Under the pieces are notes generated by a model. It was given only the letters and a program-made list of their open reading frames with translations, did not search any database and was not told the DNA's origin. 64,000 nt of DNA from Candidatus Latescibacterota bacterium (GTDB lineage Bacteria; Latescibacterota; UBA2968). Positions 61,719-64,000 of the stretch are shown here, one piece after another. The stretch covers positions 1,696,001 to 1,760,000 of the forward strand of contig OZ242010.1 in assembly GCA_965204745.1 (NCBI GenBank), in the 5' to 3' direction. A program made the translations under genes and the position numbers. The first letter of the stretch is position 1; each line of letters opens with the position of its first letter.

Positions 61719-61866
61719 GGACGGATAAAATCCTGATCACCTTCAAATAATTGACGTATCGGGAAACTTCTGTTACCTTTGGGTACCGACGCTCGCACCC
61801 GCCTGTTTGACCTGCCTTTGCTGACTGCTCGGCGGAGCGGTTGTGCGGAAACTGACAACTGACAAC

Positions 61867-62865
61867 GGCGTTGCATAAATGTTGTCGTGGCAAAGTTCGT
61901 CCCTTTCCCGCGAGATTTAAGCCCCTCTTTCTCTGGGATAGGACACGGGTTTCGCGATCCTCATCATGCGATTGAGCACCGCACATCCCAACCGCGCTTC
62001 CGTTTCTTGGTTCTCCTGATTTCGCGCACGCAACTGCCGCCCAATGCGTTGTTTGTAGCGGCATAGTTGGGTTTCAACGACCGAGCGACGATGATAGCCA
62101 CGGGTGCGTTTCCACTGTCGGCGGCCTTGACGCCGGATGGCTCGGATGATTTCATCGCGGGCGAGGGGGGTGCCTTCCTGTTTCCATGTTGTTCAATTTT
62201 CGCGTCATGGCGCGGGGGAAGCAGGGGCCGGATGGGGGCTCCTTGTTTGGGGGCGGCGCATGTGTTGGGGAGAATAATTATTCGCCCCTACCTTGCGTTT
62301 GTCATAGCCGCCATCTGCGCCCATCATATCACAGGGGCTTGGACTTGATCGAGCAAGGGTTTGACCTGCGAAGCATCATCAACGCTTGCCGAAGTCAGGG
62401 TCTGTGCGACAAGCTCGCCGGTGGCCTCATCGACGCCGATGTGCAATTTGCGCCAAGCAAAAGCCGTGTTGACGCACCTTCCATTCCCCTTCGCCATACC
62501 CTTTCAGGACGGTGGAATCCACCACCAAGTGGATCGGCGCATGACGGGATTGGACAGGTAAATCCACGTTTAAATCGCCCTGTCGCCGGCAGAGGGTCGT
62601 GTGATCGGGCACGCGCAAAGCCACCCCCATCAACGCCAGGATGGACGTGAGAAACCCCTCGGTTTGACGCAGGGGCAAGGCATAGACCAAGCACAACATC
62701 AACGCCGTTTGAATAGCCAAATCTGAAAAGGTGTTTTGCCTCCCCCGTTGCGTTGGCCCTTGATGGTACCAGTCCCGAAGGGCTTGCGGCGTGATCCAAA
62801 ACGTCAGACTGCCCCGCTGCTTGAGACCGGCCTCGTAGGCCGGCCAGTTCCGAACCCGATAGACA
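61867..62865 (-). mobile_element. Degraded IS5-family (IS903-group) element
   Basis: Minus strand across frames: YRVRNW..Y...L.QRGSLTFW, PLRQTEG, VDST.LK.YGEGEW, WRKLHIGVD, ADGGYD, WK...GYHRRS.VET, LNRM; end GGCGTTGCATAAAT at 61867; interrupted by a REP-like insert near 62245-62291. Confidence 0.85.
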
Positions 62866-62996
62866 GGCTCATAGCGACGCGAGCAGGGTCGGGCAGGGGC
62901 TGACCACTAACTACCATCAGCCGTAGGGACAGGCCCCTGCGCTCGACCAAAGATACAAGGGGGATAGGGGGTAGGTCCCAATAATGAGGAGTCATC

Positions 62997-63764
62997 ATGA
63001 ATATTTTAGATCGATTCAACCTGCGCGGGAAAACCGCGTTGGTAACCGGATGCCGTCGCGGGATTGGGCGCGCATTTGCACAGGGGTTGGCCGAGGCAGG
63101 GGCGGATATCGTGGGCGTGAGCGCATCGCTGGCACCGGGCAGTGCGGTGGAAAAAGAGGTCGCAACACTGGGGCGCGGGTTTTTGCCCTACGCATGTGAT
63201 TTTTCTGATCGGGACGCATTGTACGCGTTTATCGCACAGGTGAAAGCAGAGGTCGATCAGATCGACATTTTGATCAACAACGCGGGCACGATTTTGCGGG
63301 AGGCAGCGGTCGATCATCCCGATGACTATTGGGACAACGTGATCGAAGTCAATTTGAACGCGCAATTTGTTCTCGCGCGCGAATTTGGCAAAGAGATGGT
63401 GGCGCGCGGCCGCGGGAAAATCGTTTTCACCGCGTCTCTGCTGAGTTTTCAGGGTGGGATTACCGTGCCGAGCTATGCCGCTGCCAAAGGCGGGATCGCG
63501 ACCTTGACAATGGCCCTTTCAAATGAGTGGGCGAGCACGGGGGTAAATGTCAATGCCATTGCCCCGGGCTATATTGCAACGGACAATACCGAAGCCCTGC
63601 GCGGTGATCCCGTGCGCGCCGAGCAGATTTTGGCGCGCATTCCACAGGGGCGATGGGGGCAACCCGACGACTTAAAAGGCGCGTGTGTGTTTTTGTGTTC
63701 GGACGCGGCCAATTACGTCAATGGCGCGGTTTTGACAGTGGATGGCGGTTGGATGGGGCGGTGA
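62997..63764 (+). CDS. kduD: 2-dehydro-3-deoxy-D-gluconate 5-dehydrogenase (SDR)
   Basis: TG.RRGIG, NNAG, SLLSFQGGI.V.SY.A.K, NAIAPGY..T.NT, DGGW..R. Confidence 0.85.
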   Translation: MNILDRFNLRGKTALVTGCRRGIGRAFAQGLAEAGADIVGVSASLAPGSAVEKEVATLGRGFLPYACDFSDRDALYAFIAQVKAEVDQIDILINNAGTILREAAVDHPDDYWDNVIEVNLNAQFVLAREFGKEMVARGRGKIVFTASLLSFQGGITVPSYAAAKGGIATLTMALSNEWASTGVNVNAIAPGYIATDNTEALRGDPVRAEQILARIPQGRWGQPDDLKGACVFLCSDAANYVNGAVLTVDGGWMGR

Positions 63765-63792
63765 TGTACGACATTTTAAGCGGAGGTGTGCA

Positions 63793-64000
63793 ATGGAATA
63801 CAGGCCGTTTGGCAAGACTGGGTTGGAGGTTTCGGCGATTGGATTTGGATGCTGGGAACTCGGCGGCAGTTATGGGCATTTTGACGAGGGCGAAGTGATC
63901 GCGGCGATTCACAAAGCCATGGATCTGGGGATCAATTGTTTTGATACCGCCGAAGGCTATGGGAGGGGCAAATCCGAAGCCCTGCTCGCGCGAGGCTTGG
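63793..64000 (+). CDS. Aldo/keto reductase (runs off the window end)
   Basis: MEYRPFGKTGLEVSAIGFGCW...GINCFDTAEGYG; GGAGG RBS. Confidence 0.88.
   Translation, partial: MEYRPFGKTGLEVSAIGFGCWELGGSYGHFDEGEVIAAIHKAMDLGINCFDTAEGYGRGKSEALLARGL

Overview
GC-rich bacterial chromosome segment, almost all on the + strand. The gene content (four sulfatases, a giant GLUG/Fn3/Calx-beta-like surface protein, an Rpn nuclease, two restriction-modification pairs) suggests a host-associated marine lineage such as a sponge symbiont; this is inference only. Core genes: smc, speD, ppk1, uppS-cdsA-dxr-rseP, moaA, a siroheme nitrite/sulfite reductase with ferredoxin, gltB/gltD, kduD and an RND efflux system. The most unusual signal is intergenic. 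(1) A 7.1-kb transposase-free cassette with ~68-bp inverted ends carries the giant adhesin; its termini match an IS982-family remnant elsewhere in the window. (2) A dispersed family of 7-, 9- and 14-bp tandem repeats receives IS ends and 30-36-bp mini-inserts. (3) Short duplications of gene ends recur around inserted DNA, including a 108-bp copy 40.5 kb away next to an R-M pair. (4) An Rpn nuclease with an intragenic RBS+ATG splits gltB from gltD. (5) A restriction endonuclease is frameshifted in an A10 run. No rRNA, tRNA or CRISPR array was recognised. All calls come from reading motifs by eye; no database searches were run.
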